This document shows, piece after piece, positions 63,515 through 64,000 of a DNA stretch of 64,000 bases (positions are counted from its first letter, which is position 1; each line of letters opens with the position of its first letter). The position numbers and the translations under genes are program-made. Source of the DNA: an uncultured delta proteobacterium (GTDB lineage: Bacteria; Desulfobacterota; Binatia; UBA9968); assembly GCA_963804165.1 (NCBI GenBank), contig CAWDPO010000019.1:58925-122924 (forward strand), in the 5' to 3' direction. The notes under the pieces are model-generated. The model saw only the letters and a program-made list of their open reading frames with translations, had not been told where the DNA came from and did no database searches.

Positions 63515-63639
63515 CTAGTGTCCTGTCTCAGAAGTTCGCGACATAATTCTCGCGTCATTCCGTCGGAAAATCTCCCCTTCCCCTCTTTGGCAAAAGAGGG
63601 GTAGAATCGCACGGAGAAAATTCCCCCTTTGAAAAAGGG
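63515..63639 (+). mobile_element. MITE copy D, truncated or interrupted inside its second hairpin
   Basis: Matches copies A and B from CTAGTGTCCTGTCTCAGAAGTTCG to CCCCCTTTGAAAAAGGG, then switches to unrelated sequence. Confidence 0.88.
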
Positions 63640-63734
63640 AAGGTGTGAAAAAATTGCTGCAAAAAATTGGTGACATAGCTATATGACTAGTGATATGCTC
63701 GCCTCCGTCGGCTTCAATGAGGGAGGCGCTTTGC

Positions 63735-63944
63735 ATGGCTTATTTAACCAAACTCCAGGTGATCGAGCGAGCCAATGGCCAGCAACAGTTTTACCTGATT
63801 TGCCCCGCTCCTCTGGCCCAAGCTCTGGAAATGCAGAAAGGCGAGACCATCGAGTGGGTGGTCGAGGACAAATGGACTCTGAGGATAACCCGCACTGAGG
63901 CTCGCTCGGCCCAGGCGTCGCGGAGGTCCCATGCCCGACGATAG
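63735..63944 (+). CDS. Small AbrB-like DNA-binding protein
   Basis: GGGAGG RBS; QFYLICPAPLAQALEMQKGETIEWVVEDKWTLRITR fits a swapped-hairpin pattern. Confidence 0.65.
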   Translation: MAYLTKLQVIERANGQQQFYLICPAPLAQALEMQKGETIEWVVEDKWTLRITRTEARSAQASRRSHARR

Positions 63945-64000
63945 ATCCTTGGACAGTTCCAGCACGCCTGAGCAGCCTGCGGTGCGGTGCAAACCGGTAC
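63931..64000 (+). CDS. Start of an ORF running off the window (possibly a transposase)
   Basis: GGAGG RBS at 63922-63926; MPDDRSLDSSSTPEQPAVRCKPV...; too short to assign. Confidence 0.35.
   Translation, partial: MPDDRSLDSSSTPEQPAVRCKPV

Larger units (their letters stand above)
63640..64000 (+). mobile_element. Probable left end of an insertion element that interrupts MITE copy D
   Basis: Abrupt junction, promoter-like GTGACA/TATGCT, RBS-occluding hairpin, then a small ORF and a coupled ORF that runs off the window. Confidence 0.5.

Overview
This is a GC-rich bacterial accessory and catabolic region. The gene content and repeat style resemble Ca. Binatia/Deltaproteobacteria-type soil genomes, but that is inference only. 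About 20 genes carry single-base frameshifts, most simply explained as uncorrected long-read errors. The window holds 17 solute-binding proteins (10 NMT1/SsuA-like, 4 PF04392-like, 2 TAXI, 1 TctC/Bug) but only one TRAP fusion permease, one ABC permease and no ABC ATPase. Interspersed enzymes include amidohydrolases, LLM monooxygenases, a Zn-ADH, a GMC oxidoreductase, a CoA-transferase, an M24-fold enzyme and an acetone-carboxylase-like pair. There is also a secreted S8 protease with three 300-bp repeats, a trypsin-like protease/FHA pair, two toxin-antitoxin-like modules and a DUF559 nuclease. The most unusual signal is non-coding. (i) Four copies of a ~200-bp MITE with IS630-like ends at CTAG carry the same palindrome doublet that lies, without those ends, at the 3' end of the DUF559 gene. 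(ii) A second MITE with IS5-like ends carries a different palindrome doublet and sits inside a heptamer array. (iii) In a tandem array of PF04392-like genes, each stop codon is followed by a short tandem repeat, and a TA module is bracketed by a duplicated gene 3' end, giving a cassette-like layout. No rRNA, tRNA or CRISPR array was seen.
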